Shown: one piece after another, positions 37,288 through 51,426 of the stretch
How the letters are laid out: each line of letters opens with the position of its first letter
Numbering within the stretch: the stretch's first letter is position 1
DNA from: Owenia fusiformis
Lineage: Eukaryota
Reading direction: 5' to 3'
Assembly (NCBI GenBank): GCA_903813345.2
Contig: CAIIXF020000001.1
Coordinates: 7,564,001 to 7,628,000 of the forward strand
Length of the DNA: 64,000 nt
Translations under genes and position numbers: made by a program
Notes under the pieces: model-generated
Told to the model about the DNA's origin: nothing
The model's input: the letters and a program-made list of their open reading frames with translations, nothing else
The model's database searches: none

Positions 37288-38337
37288 CAGGGTGTCAAAT
37301 AAGTCCCGCCCCACCCCCTCTACAGCCAAAACCAAGATATATGGTACCAAGTGTGATATATCATTGGAAAGGTCTTTCAAAGTTACATTGATTGACATAT
37401 ATCTGACTCTTGTCAATCAATCTCACAAATTTTTACATTGTATCAATTGAGGTGACCATAGGCCTAGAAATATGGCAATTTGGCGTATTTTGCAGGATTT
37501 TAAAGATGCATTATGCCATAGGTTTCTCCCCCACACAACCAATGATGTCCTATTGTTATTGCTCATTTAATATCTCACATACCATGGATATATCTTGAGA
37601 ATAACACAATCGATTCCTCGGCTAGCAAGGGGAATCCCCATTGAGTCCCACAAGCGCCCACAAGCGCCTTGCACCAGGCAGCCAATCAGGTTTATGATAA
37701 ACAAATTCAGCGACCAATCAGATAACAGGAGGACTTTCCCGGTATATTCAAACGTCAGATTGAATTAATTTCTTCGAAAATAATTAGATCGGCCAGCACA
37801 ATCGCAAAATTAACACTGAAAGAGGGGGATTTGGGAATTCTTCTTTGGTAAGTAGATGGGTATATATGTGGTGAAACTCAATATGCAAAAAAGTCCAGAG
37901 GGGTCTTGATTGTGCTAGCCTATGGCATAGAGCCTCTTTAAGAATCGGGTATATGAAAAGTCAAAGGACCTAAAGATGACTACATATGTATATGGCAATG
38001 AATTATACCAATTTCTGGATAGGTTTAGATGTGTAAAAAATATAGGTGAAAGGAAAATGGTGAAAACCTTTTTGTAACAAGCGGAATGCGAAAAATATTA
38101 ACTTTTGATATATTTCTGGGGTCATATCCTTCTCATTTTGACGCAAAAAAAGCTGCTTAAGGAGGGTGCACTTACTATAAAGGACATCATGAAAACATAG
38201 GTGAATTTCATCCAAAATACTTGAGATTTGGTGAGTTAACATAACTTTGGATGATCTTTCCAATGGTATATCACACTAGATACCATCTATTAAGGATTTA
38301 GCTGTAGCAGGGGGGGCGGGACTTATTTGACACCCTG
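37288..38337. mobile_element. Non-autonomous Tc1/mariner-type element
   Basis: TA|CAGGGTGTCAAATAAGTCCCGCCCC ... GGGGCGGGACTTATTTGACACCCTG|TA. Confidence 0.85.
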
Positions 38338-38639
38338 TATACTCGTAATGACGCCATAACAGTCTCAATCGGACAAGTAAACACTACAAATGGGAGAACA
38401 AATCCATAGAGGAAATTGTTATGTTGCTATTTTTACTAAATCTAGGCATCTATGTTTTGTTTATACATAAAAATGTTATGATTTCAATAGATTTTTGGCC
38501 ATAAATGTTACCATGGAAATGATAATGAGCGATAATTCGCACTGATGCATATTATTATACTTGTATACCCCATTTGTATTCTAGATGCTCATTGGCTTAT
38601 TCATGGTCCCATAATATGTATTACGCGATACACGATACA

Positions 38640-39250
38640 AAAATATGTCATATTTCGCAACGAATATGGCATATTCACTTGCGGTGTATGACAGATTCAC
38701 CTGCGGTATATGGCATACACATTAACCAATGAAAACATGATACGGAAGTACGCAATTGTCAATTGCATCGATTGAACGAACAAGTAAAACGTTATAAACG
38801 ATTATAATGATTGCTGAATCAACGTTAACAATACTGTGTATCGAATATTTTAACTTAGCAGAAGTATCAGTCACCAATCTCGCGTAATAAACTTACTCAA
38901 TCAATCCAGGATTAATATATTAGTATTCGACGCACTAACTAAATTGGTAATCCAGCGTAGTTTTACATTTAGATTCGATTCTCGCAACCAATCAAATCAA
39001 GACTTTCTGTATCACGTTTTCACCTGCGGTATATGTCATATTCACCTGCGGTATATGGCATATTCCCCAAGTGAGTATGACATATTCCGCAGGTGAGTAT
39101 CGGGTATTCACTGAAATCAATGTATCGCATATTCACTGCGGAATATCACATACTCACCTGCGGAATATGCCATCTACCGCAGGTGAGTATGGCATATTCA
39201 CCCGTATCACAAATACCGCGCAACCATGAATGTATGCCATATACCGCGTA
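38640..39250. repeat. Cluster of ~22-bp ATTCACCTGCGGTATATGGCAT subrepeats in both orientations (probable non-autonomous element)
   Basis: Direct and inverted copies at about 38670-38715 and 39020-39200. Confidence 0.5.
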
Positions 39251-40710
39251 ACAATATAATATGAAATAGATGAGCTAATTCCCTGGAAAGTTCTAAATCC
39301 TTGCACACGCCTAACCATCGACAAGGTACAGTGACAAAATATACCGTAGTACACTTAAATAGATGTACGATGTCAATATTTAACCGATTTGAAGCAAAGA
39401 CAATGATGTAGGTTTGATGTAGGTTTTAAAAAAACAATCTGAGAATGCATTAAAGATTTCATGTTTGATATTTTTGTGTATTCGTTTAGGAAGACATTTA
39501 ACTTTCTTATAACGTTAAAAGATTTTCGAACAGTGCTCGATTTTTTCGTAGTCAATTTACTCATATAATTGGTCAGTTGGAAAATATTGTGTTTTTACAC
39601 ATTTCCTTTGATCATTTCCTCCCCTGTCGTCTAAGAGTGTGGAAGATTTTTATGAGAATATGTTTCTTTAAACAGCACAATTAAGGTCAGTTGAAGATTT
39701 AATAAGTACATGTATTAACATTTTGGCTATAATTTAAAAAATCATAAGTGTATGTTGTCAACTCGAATGTACATTGTCCCATTGAACTTACTCAATTCAC
39801 AGTTAACCCTAATGCAGACAACGTATTTTTCATAACACTAACAGACCTTGGGGTCAGATGCATTTAAAATTGAAACAGAACAATTACAGAATTACTTCAA
39901 TTTGATTGAACTGTTGAAACATTCCAGATATATCATAAACGGGATTTTTAAAAAATCATATCCAATAAGCGAGTATAGATCAGTACATCTATCTATCAAT
40001 GTAACTAACAAAACGTAAGCTACAGACACCAAATAATCGAACAGGCTGGAAGGAGACCCTGTGGCAGTGCTAGTCTTCAACATATTCTATTCCGAGACAT
40101 TGGATGGGAGTTTGGGCTTGAAGCTAACACCAGATGGGCACAAATTAACCACCACCACAACAATACTTTCATAAAATGAAAAAGCAAAAAGGATACTTGA
40201 ACATGTTCGTTAAAGATCACTTGTTGCTCATAAAAACCTTAATGAATTTTGAAATGAAATCATTACATTTGTTTTACGTATATCTCATGAGTTTCAATTA
40301 CAGGGACAGAGTATGTAATAAAACAAATAGTGACTGCAACATTTTCGCGAAATAGTGTAAAAGTTTTCCCCTATGATTTCAGAGGGGGGAATGCTCACTT
40401 TAGAAATACCCTGCGAGTGAGTCTAGCGATAAAACAATGGTATTTTCGGAATAACCATTTACAAACTGGATGGGCATTTCCAGTGGTCAAAATGGCCTGC
40501 CTTTCTGCCTTTGTCGATTCACCATATCCATACTTCAGGTTGGGCGTGGCACAACGACAGCCCTGCTGGCATGGAGTTGCATTCTAATTAGGCCTAGTTT
40601 TATCAAACTGTTGTGGCCCATATATGGAAAGGATTTAAGCAACAGACCCAGTACTTTGTGTGTTATATCACTCGTTAATTGTATGCTAGCAACAATTGAT
40701 ATAACAAACA

Positions 40711-41152
40711 TTATTATATCATTGCTAGAAATTGTGTGATTTGATTGGTCGAGTCAGTACCATGTGATCAAAAATACCATAACGTATTTCACAGCTCCCT
40801 CAATTTTAGGATAATAAAAGACGTATTGCACGGCGTATTGCCCGCCCGGGAATTCTGACAACTACACTGGACGAAAATAAAATGTACCATTCAATGTTAC
40901 TTGTACGTAATTATGTTCACTTATGGATTAATGATATATTAATTGATTAAAATAAATGATCATAGGGAATGTCTAGCAATGATATAATAAAACAAATATT
41001 TCATTCTACGTTCGGGCAATACCTGTTGCACTTTCAATGATTTTTGCATCATGTATTTCCCTCGCCCTACGGGCTGCGGGCAATACATACCGCAAAAATC
41101 ATTGAAAGATGAACAGGTATTGCCCTCCATAGAATGAAATATTTGCTTAATA
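40711..41152. mobile_element. Non-autonomous element with an asymmetric IR and a long 3' hairpin
   Basis: TTATTATATCATTGCTAG / CTAGCAATGATATAATAA, followed by an ~80-bp-arm hairpin centred on CCCTACGGG. Confidence 0.55.
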
Positions 41153-41551
41153 TGTAATTGATACACAGAGCATTGAGTCAGTTGCGTAAATAAACCACTG
41201 AGTAATATTTATTTGACAGAGGGTTGAGTTCTCAAAATGGTGGATTGAAACATAAACCGTTTCCTCTTTATGATATTTTCACATGTTTTATTTTTAGATA
41301 TCCTAGTTGTATTATCAAATCAGATTTTATATGTTTGCCAATAACTTTGGACAGTTTACATTCAAAAGTCCACATTTTGTGAAAAATAAACTTTTCTGGT
41401 GTATTTAAGTTGCCTCGAATTAACTAAATAGTTATTAGTAATTATTTTATTATTAAAGTATATGTCAATAGTATTGATCTTGTAGTCCAAACATTAAACA
41501 AGGCCAAATAATGTTCATTAAGCAATTCAGTGTATTTTAAGAACTTTTGAT

Positions 41552-42039
41552 TTATTGTTCTTCACTCTCATCACGGCCAAATCTAAATGGTACATGAAGT
41601 TTATCGTCTCTTTCAACATGTTTACTTGTTGCGCGCATACTCAGGTCATCTGCTATTTCATTTTCTGTGTTAAAGTCACTATCTCCTGCTCGTTTTCCCC
41701 ATCTCATTAAATTTCCTCGCTTCTCAGCAGTTTCTTCGCTGCGCTTTCCCCAGCGGAAAATTCTTTTTCCGGCAGTGCTTCCCGACGAAGCACGTTTGCC
41801 GAAACGAAAGAGCCCTCCTCTTTTCCCATAACGCATAAAAGACTGTCGTTTGCCGTAACGAAATAGCGCACCGCGTTTGCCATATCTGAGAAGGTTGCCT
41901 CTTATGGATCGCTGAAATGGATCATCATCGGTATCGTATGTTTGTTCGTGGTCTAAAAACAACTGTATGAGTTTGTTTACGAGCGGATCTGTATCATCCA
42001 ATAATAGTTCTAAGTCGTCATTGTCTGATATATCGTCAT
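41552..42039 (-). CDS. LFRFamide/RYamide-type (sNPF family) neuropeptide precursor, peptide-coding exon
   Basis: Repeated G-KR amidation/cleavage sites release GNLLRYa, GALFRYa, QSFMRYa, GGLFRFa, IFRWa, GNLMRWa and a C-terminal HVPFRFa. TTTCAG acceptor at 42042-42040; TAA at 41554-41552. Confidence 0.92.
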
Positions 42040-43651
42040 CTGAAATCAGAAAGGGGTCGGTAAATAACCATATTAGAGGCAATAAGAGATGGAAAAGAAG
42101 CTTTACCAACAGATGGTAGTATCTAAAATGAGACAAAGAGCTCTAAAATGGCCCAATTTTGATAAATGTGAATATCATGAATACTGAGTGAGAAAGATGG
42201 ACAGAGAACCCCAAGAACTGAACGAAATGAACAAGCGTATTGAATGATTTTGAGATCAATGTTTGAGGGTTTCAATAACATTGCATTTTGCACCATGGTA
42301 ATCATTAATACATCAAATAAGATACTGTTCGATGAGGAAACACCATTAAACATATTACTCTCCTAATTAAAAAGGTTAAATTCTTCTTTATGTGATGACA
42401 AAGAAGATAATGTAAAAATAGACATCCGAATTAACTGAGACAATGCCGTTGTGGGCGTTACATCCATCCTTTGGCGTCTGATATAAGACACCAATATTTG
42501 TAGTGGTATTGTATTTGATTTTGATTAAGATATTGTTGTTTAAAGAAGGATAATAGCATAAGAAGAGGAGACAATGTATCTCATAAAATAGACTCAAGAT
42601 ACCAATCATTGATTGCATGGGTATATCTGTACGTTTAGAGATTAAGTGAGGTTATTGCTTAAGGATAAATCAAAATAAAGTAATAGCTTCAATTAAAAAT
42701 CGTCCAATTACATTATTACCCAACTTTACAGGAATCCATAGCAATGAGACCCGGATTAATCCCATAGTATTAATCCCACGGAACAATATACGAAAGAATG
42801 CATTGTAATAAAGAAAGAAACCTTTGTCACGATTCCTTTCGTGATCGACTGTTATAATGATTTCAATATTTGTAAGTATTTTTCTTACATCCTATATAAA
42901 TCAGACAATTAGTCGTAATGGAACGTAACCATTGCTGATTAAATAGGACTCCGTTTTAGAAGTAATTCGAACAATCTTTATTAGTTCTACGAAGAGATGG
43001 TTATGCGTGGAGACAAATTAACGAAGCTATTTGATTCATCTTTAATAGATATTGCAAATTCCGGACTTGGGAGATCAATTCCCGTTTTTCTTGTTGCCCT
43101 GCACTTAGGCTGTTTTCAGGGGAGGTTGCTTAAACAATGAACCATAAAATGAGATAGTTTGAGCAGCTGAATAGACACTTTTAATGTTTGGTATCTTCCC
43201 ACAAGATTCTATTGTCCTTAAGAATACTTTCCCTTCCAAAAGGAAAGCAACGCCAACACACCCATTGATCCATTGGCGATTTTACGATATACATCACATT
43301 TATCGCACGTTTCCGACTAATGATTTTAACTATTTGATCATTTGTGTTCTAACCTGTTATCCAATTGAAAGCCAAGACTGCCAAACTTTTTGGAGAGGAG
43401 TGTACCAGTTTTAGATAATGCATTATTCATAAAAAACCAGTATCAGAATTTCTAACGAAATCTCAGGTTTAATTAAATAAAAACTGAAATATTGCTAATG
43501 TTTTGTATAGATTTTTGCCTCCGGATAATGTTCCACTATCTCGATGGTATCATATTCATATCGAGTAGGAAAACAGATCATTTTCAAGTGTGATTTTCTA
43601 ACCAGTTAGAATGGAGAACGGGGGCCTACGAGGATTATTCAAGATACTTAC

Positions 43652-43736
43652 CTATGTTTTGTATGCCATTTGTTGGCTGTGCAGTGACGATAACGACCAA
43701 TCCTAAAGTGGTAAATGCGATCATCCACCCCATCAT
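43652..43736 (-). CDS. Neuropeptide precursor signal-peptide exon (MMGWMIAFTTLGLVVIVTAQPTNGIQNI)
   Basis: Hydrophobic signal peptide with a VTA-QP cleavage site. CCAG acceptor at 43761-43759 and GTAAGT donor at 43651. Phase 1 joins the downstream exon in frame (190 aa total). Confidence 0.85.
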
Positions 43737-46324
43737 CTTTGTTCTGTAGTCGGTGAGTCTGGAGAAATAAAAACAAAACAAACTACTTGAGATAGGTGAC
43801 ACAGAAATGTTCTTAGTAAGGAACGTCTTCATGGTCATTTCTTTGATCGTGATATCTTTTCTTCATCCTGTGCATTTACGTAGGCAGTGAAGTGCAAGTT
43901 ACCTATATGTGCACTTACAGAACTAACCACAACTCATCTTAGGTGGATGTAGATTGTTTCTTCTGGCATGGGCTAATAGACTTCACAATTATAACTCCCC
44001 CTGTGGATATAATATTAACAAAAACTATTTACACAAAGCAAGGCGATTCACAAGCAAAACCCAAATTCGTTCAAGTAAAACGTTCATACAACCATGGTCC
44101 TATCAGAAAATAAAAATAAAGATGAACATGTCTTCCACGGCGTTTTTTCTAGATCATCTGTCTTCTCTTACAATGAAAGGCTATACGACGTATAGGTAGC
44201 AGATTTTCTGTAAATTTAGTTTTTTATAAACAAGCAGCGATCATAAGTAACAGCACGGGCTTTCAATTAGTTGAAAGCCCATTGTAACAGGTAACGTTAT
44301 ACTTTTTAGTTAACTTGACCATATCATCACGCATCATGAGAAATCATGGCCTTATTAGTTCATATTTCTAATTGAAAAACATTAGGATGAGATGAGTATC
44401 AGAATGATACACTTTTGAACTTTCAAAAGGAGATCCCACAAATAAAAAATAACAAATAAAACAAAACAAATAGTGGCCCTGTTATACCCTGCGTGCAGAG
44501 TCTTTAGAATAAACGAATCTCTCTTGTAGAAGCGAAGTCGAACAAATGCAAAGGGTAGCCCTGTTATTGAATGAAATTACAAACTAATGCCCATGTGATT
44601 CAATTATGAGAGAAATAACAAATATTAAATTCAGGACTTTATGGCAAACAAATCTTGCAATTCCTTTCGTTTTGGTTCGTCATAATTTTGGATTTGAAAT
44701 TGGTTGTACAGGCATAGTCTGGAAGGTTATCTCCTGATGCGGAAAATCTAATATTCTTCTATAGCACGATAATTCCTGTATGTTTTTAAATAATTAAACA
44801 TGAGTTATATTCTTAGTATCGTTTTCATTGACCCGATCCAATTATAATAAAACTTATGAAAGGCTTTTAAATAATAATGAAAAGATAACAGGCACAACAG
44901 ACCCCACTATCTGATAAAACACACTTCCTATGGTGGAAAAATTGCTGATTTACGTTCAAAGGCTCAGAGAGTACCATCGATGTTATTGCAATATTGTGAT
45001 CTCCTCCCTTGTCTTTAATGAGGGAACGAGAATATAGAAAACTGCAAAAACACGGAGGAGGGTTTCGTAATCCTGACTGAGATTCTCCTGATAATGGGAG
45101 AGAGTTCGGGAAAGAGTTAAACGACGTTGTCACCCGTTGTCACCACTTGATGTATCATCTGATCATCAATTGATGGCTATGAATAATTGAAAATCAAATT
45201 GAGTCACAAACAAATGACAAAATCAAGAAAATATACCGGTAGTAATTTGACACATTTCACACATTTTTAATCTTATACATATGAATTCAAGAATTTTGGT
45301 GCACAAATAGAAAACGTGTGTGTTTGGAGAACAACTTTTGTGCAAAACCTGTGAACTATAGCACAGATTATTCTTCATTCGTACAGAAATACCTTGATGG
45401 CTGACGTTATTGAATTAACTACTTTATCACATTCAGTAATGTATATCAAATTGACATTTGAGTAAAAATTCTATCATCATCAGGATTTTTGCACTGTTGG
45501 AAAAGAACGACCAACGTTTCAATTCCTATAGGTTAATATAATCTGAATAATGTTTTAGATGTAATCAGCGTTAAAAGCTGACAAGATGATCAAATACGGG
45601 ATAATTAGTCACTTAAAGAAACTCAATGAATACATGAGATAGTTGGATGAAAATCAATGCACTACTTAAGAAATTGTCTTCGAACAAAAGGATTATTATA
45701 GTGAAGTCCTACTATTGTGTTAGCTGAACTTCTCTCTGAGTCTAACTGATTCGCGATAAGTGGACAGTAAAGGGGTTTGACCAGCCTTGTGCCTGATGTG
45801 AATTTGTGCGTCCGTCTCTATTAAAACCATTGACCTGTCTCCTGAAGGATAAGGCTCTTGGTCAGTCAATCATGTTTGTTTTTCACTCGCGTGATTCAGT
45901 TACTCGAGATTGCACTTGTTGTCCACCCCTGCTCTTTGGGGAGTCTGCGGAGAATATCGTGCATGTCTTGAACTTCGTGTTGTCTTCTGAGCCAGATGGG
46001 TTTCAATTTGTTATGTTCCTTGTTCGTGTTCAGCCCATGGCTATTCAAAAACAATATTTTAACTGGTTGAGAGGGCAAATATTTTACTTTGGCTAAGAGA
46101 TAAGTTACTAGATAGTATCTCAATATTGTGAACCAACTGTAGGATAATACGTAACGTAACTTATTATCGTGGCCCCTGCCTGTACATACATCATTTTACA
46201 AACCTGTTTAATGATCTTCAAACACGTCAAAGTATGAGGGAAATATCGGAAATGATCATTGAAGCACACAAACGATTGTCTCTCAGAAAAATAAATCATG
46301 TACTCTAAAATCAGTATCATTCTG

Positions 46325-46757
46325 GTCAACTCGTACCCAAGACAAGTCGTACCCAAGACAACTCGTACCCAAGACAACTTGTACCAAAGTATATGTTTTG
46401 TTTTGAATCAAGTGTTGGACTGGGAATTGGTATAGATAACATATTATAATGTTACATACTGTTCAGTTTGAAGTATGTATCTAAGACTTTTCGGAAGAAA
46501 TAGATTTAATTTTGTGACATTTTGAGCCCTCCAAATCACTTCTTTTACATAAAAAGGTAATCCAAGTTAAAACAAAATGCTAAATGCTTAATCCATTGAG
46601 AAAAAATGTCTTCAAAATTAAAAAGAAATTTTGAGGCTTATATGATTCACATTAAAACATTATTATACAGACTTGTTTTCCTAATATAAACCCATAACAC
46701 TGACAATAAACTTGGGTGCGAGTTGTATTGGGTACAGTTGTCTTGGGTACGAGTTGC
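46325..46757. mobile_element. MITE with tandem subterminal repeats (CAACTCGTACCCAAGA)
   Basis: Direct repeats on the left, inverted copies (TCTTGGGTACGAGTTG) on the right. Confidence 0.6.
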
Positions 46758-47249
46758 TAGGAAGCATTGGTATGATATCTCTTTTGCACACCGCAGCCTA
46801 GAATTCTATTTCACATTTAATCGCACAAAGACCGATATCTATGGACTATCCATTCTGCCATAAATGTCTATGATTCTGTTTATTCAATTACAATTAGCAA
46901 GGTATTTACATATGTGGGTCACCGTGTGCCTGTTCCATCGGAGGGTGTCTGCCTGTGTTCGATTTCGGTAAGATTTTTTGTTTTTTCGGTTTACTTATTA
47001 TCAAGCTGCAGATTATAAACTGTGTCATTCAGAGAATATAACCTGGTTTAAGAATAAACTCGCGGTTGGAAACTTGGTTTAATTGAAGACGCAATTCATA
47101 CATTTAATCTCATGCTTGTCATCGTCAAAGTAAAATTGATAACATGCTTAACTTTCCTCAATATGAACAAAAGGCGAAGGACAAAATGTATGAATTGCGG
47201 CTTTTTAAAAACCAAATTCCTAAAAGAAAGTATATTCCTATCGGGATTT

Positions 47250-47592
47250 CGCTGCAATCCTCAGCTGAGTCGCATGTTATTTTTGAAATAGGAATCACTC
47301 CTTCTCCACATTGTCTACATCTTTCAGATTTGCACAATGCACTTATGTGCCTAGAAAAGACTATAATGACGATTTTTTGTAAAATGTATAAAAAACGAGG
47401 AAAATTCAGTGAGAAAATTCAATGACTTTTGCTGTAACGAGGAAAATTCAGTTACCTTCTGTCATTGAATTTTCTCGTTTTTTATACATTTTACAAAACA
47501 AATCTTCTCACCAGTCTTTTCTATGTTCATTAGTGCACAAGGAGAAATTCCTATTTGAGAAATAACATGTGACTCAATTGAGGGATGCAGAA
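47250..47592. repeat. Decayed long inverted repeat (MITE-like)
   Basis: TTTTGTAAAATGTATAAAAAACGAG is mirrored by CTCGTTTTTTATACATTTTACAAAA, and the outer arms also pair. Confidence 0.55.
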
Positions 47593-49127
47593 AAATTCCG
47601 AATACGCAGACTTACCTTAAGCCTTAAATCCGACTATGTTTAGCTTTAAATTGAAAAACAATTTTTTTACCTAACTGGCAGTTCAATAATTCGTTGTGGA
47701 ACAGTGAAAAGGCGAAGTTGTATTGATAAATAGAAACAGTTCGAATCTGTTAATGAATGCTAACAATGCAGCCCACCGTCTGTCATTCAATTATTGATTC
47801 AAGATTTATTTTGATCAATGTTAATGATTAGATTTGTTTTATTTCGAGCCAAAGAAGGGACATTTCTCACTTTTTAAACATTTTACAATACAATAATACA
47901 CTAGGTTAGATTACAATACATACATGTAATTACAATACATTACATACATGTACTAATCCCAGGAGACTGATATATTCATTCGGAGATTAGATTACAAAGT
48001 ACTATACAGTGACAGAAATAACATTGTCTTGCCTAATTCCTTACTTATAGCTTTTGACTACTTCCGATTTGATCAAATATATAGGATGTAACTAATACGT
48101 ACATTGCACAAGATCAATTGAAAAATCACTCTCCATCAATCACTTATTATTTTCTTCATCTGACATGGTTTCAATTGATATAATTTAGCTTACTAAAATA
48201 ATGAACAAGGATTTGAGAGGGGGTCACTACATTTGAAAATATAAGTCCATTTTCCAACTGAGGATCATATTCTAAAAAGAGACCTATTTTTGAAATAGGC
48301 CCACTTTCGGATTTCCCCTTTTGTCAACAGATTATCTTGAACAGAATTTAGGAAAACGCAGTTCTCGTGTACCCAACTAAGTGTAGGTATTGATGCTTGG
48401 TTCCCTTAAACAAGATAGAAATACTTTATTTTACTATGATGTGCTGGCCCACTAAATTACGACGATTGTAGTCTCGTCTCGCTAGCACTAACTGTGTAAG
48501 TCTACTTTTTCCACTACATAGTAAAGGCGTCAATAAAAGTCACATTAGGCCTAACTTATTACCAGAATTCAAACATAGATTGTTTTTTCTTTGTTTTGCA
48601 GTTCATTCTGAAGAAGGAAATCGTTTTTATTTTGTTTCATTTCTTTTAAAATTGCAAAAAAGAACGAAAAGTAAAAAATCCAAATGGCAGGTTTTACCTC
48701 GAGTGTTTCGGAATGTCCTAAACGAACATTTAATTTTGAGGCCAAAAAAATGCAAGAACGCAAATGATATCTACTTTAAAATAACTAAAATGGAAATGGC
48801 ATCAATTTTATAAAATAAATGATATCAAAATGATACCATTTGCAACAGTTTGGTTTTGCAACTCTAAAAGAGAGCTTCACGTGCGAAGCCTCTGGCACTC
48901 ATTGGCATCAAAATGCAACATGTGCGTATGTGACAATCTTAGAATCGTATGCTAAAATCTGATAATATAATAAACATCATACTACAGTCATAGCATATGA
49001 TATAACATGCCTATCCGTCTACCTATTTTGCATAAACATTGAATATTACCTGGTGTATTTATCAGTGTGTTAGCAATTCTAAAGAAATGTTTCATGAATA
49101 TTGAAAGTTCTACAAGAGTCGACTTAC

Positions 49128-49245
49128 CTTCTAATGTTCTAGTGATGTGTAAACTTGCAGACTAATTTCTAACGGACATTCTCTTCAGATATAGCAGAAG
49201 GTTTGCCTCCCTCGTATTTGACGTCAGGATCTCCGGACCAATCAT
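49128..49245 (-). promoter_or_regulatory. Candidate non-coding exon 1 and promoter of the neuropeptide gene
   Basis: Perfect AAG|GTAAGT donor at 49127-49122, palindromic CRE TGACGTCA at 49219-49226, and CCAAT at about 49238. Confidence 0.35.
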
Positions 49246-51426
49246 GACAGACCATTTATCTAATATAACATAATGATATTTTTCTGCCAAGTGTGTTACT
49301 CTTAGTTTTTACAAGAATTATGCATGTAGTGCATTATCGATTTAAATGGAGTAGAAGGGAGTGGGGTGAGTTTATCTTTGAGTAGGTTTCGGAAAGACGG
49401 CCACACTATTCCAATCACAAAGGGATTCTGGCTCTAAAAAGTTCCCATAAATCATTATGTTAAATGCTAGAATTGTCTGTGGAGGGAGAGCCTACGACTC
49501 CTCTGAAACAGCCCATTCATATGTGCCCAGTATCTAAATATGGTTATTAAATCTTCTCAAGCGAAGGGGACATTTTCTTGCAACCGCAAAACATAAATGG
49601 ATGGAGGTTCGATCACCCGGTCTTCCCATTGGCAACCCAAACCCTCTAAATGCCAAGAGTGTTAAATAAATCTGACCCTGGGCTCCCACATACACATCAT
49701 GATAAACCATGACATCTCATTTCTTCTCAGCCCTAAGATGTTTCAGGTGAAACAGAAAGATGCTATGAGTATCAGAATGCCACATACAATACATAGGAAA
49801 TTATATATTTCTGAGTAGGCAATTTAAAAACCTGTTAAAAAATATAGCTTTTGACTGTCTCATTTTTATAGTAGACAACATTTTGTAAATTAAGTGGTGG
49901 TGTATGGCATTATTTTTTCTTCTTTATTCATTAAATTAAAATATATTCGATATATGAAATATTTTATTCGCTAAATCATTTTTCCATTCGGTAAAAACGT
50001 TTATTTGTTTGTTACAGCAAATTAAGTTTTCAAAATAGCCAATCACTTAATACTATGTGCATTAAATTACATATTTCATTCGTTAAATGATATTTTTTGC
50101 GTAAATTGTTATGGTATTCCTTAAGAGTAACACATTATATGCACAATATTGAACTTCTATTTGAACCCTACCGAAATAAGTTTGCCTGTATTTACCAAAT
50201 GGTTTATTTTTCTATGACATAGTTGATGCATTTTACCGAAAGCTAATTTGCTATTTACCGAATGCAATAAAGTAATATTCGATAACTTGCGTTGTTGTTC
50301 GATATTTTGTCACGTGACTTCGAGATTTGCAAAATGGCCGCGCAGCTATTCTACATACAGGGGGGGGGGGAGATTTCCCAAAGATGCCCTATCATATTAG
50401 CACGTTCGAAAACAAATTTTATAAACAGGCCTCAAATTGCCATTGAAATGGATCTCCAAATGTTCACTGTAGTTTTATGAGTATTCTCTACAAGTATGGA
50501 TCGAGTAACTTCAATAGTATTACCGTAGGTTTGAAATGATGATGTTGAACTGATGTTAACGCCATTCCCAGGATTTCAAATTTAACTCTGCGCATGCGCA
50601 GCACTGAGAGAGCACGTGCTCATGATTGTTCACGTGATCGAATCCTGCAATTTGATTGGAGATGATGCAAGAGATGATGTAATGGGGAATCCCCGAATAC
50701 GATAGAATATGAAAGAATTATGGGAGCTACTCACTCCTCCTGTCTACATAGTACAAATATATCACGTGACTGAAAGTCTCGTAAATTATCGAAAAATAAC
50801 GAAATTTATCGAATGTGGCATTCGGTATTTACCGAATATAAATAATTTATATACCGAATGTACAAATAATCAATTGAATTATACGTGCGTTAAGGAAAAC
50901 AAATTCGCTGCATCACACAAATACATGTATAAATATCAAATGTGAATTGTCAATACAAAGAACAAGTGAAACTATTTAGCGAATATAAATTGTATAGATT
51001 ATTACATTTGATAAAATAAAAAAACATTCGATAGATTGGGTAAAGGTTTGGTAAATTGTTTGTTACATTTGGTATTTATGGAATATTAGCTTAATGTACC
51101 GAATAAAGAAGCAGTGTGTCTCAGTACCCCATTTGCATGGGTATAGGCGACAATGCATGGCGGTATGGGCGACAATGTTTCGTACAAATAATAGGACTAT
51201 GGCAAGAAGTTCTGTTGTTACAAGTTTGCATCAAACCTATTTGAAAAAGCTGGAACGAAGGCTATTTACCAACAATTAGGTGAAAATGTTAAGATCACAT
51301 TTGGACAGCATTTGGAAGAAAAGTTTATGATTTTATGGAGTCTAATGTACATAAATTGAATCATGTTAACATGTTAGGATTTTTACGTATAGATGTACTG
51401 TTCGTGTAGCTAGTGTCTATTCATAC

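Noticed and set aside
42040-42136. Hydrophobic N-terminus of the 194-aa ORF as the signal peptide
   Set aside because: It is read-through of a pyrimidine-rich intron end. A proper acceptor and a phase-compatible upstream signal exon exist.
47609-47618. Alternative AAG|GTAAGT donor for neuropeptide exon 1
   Set aside because: It lies at the edge of a repeat element and has no adjacent promoter motifs. It is not excluded, but it is less supported than the donor at 49128.
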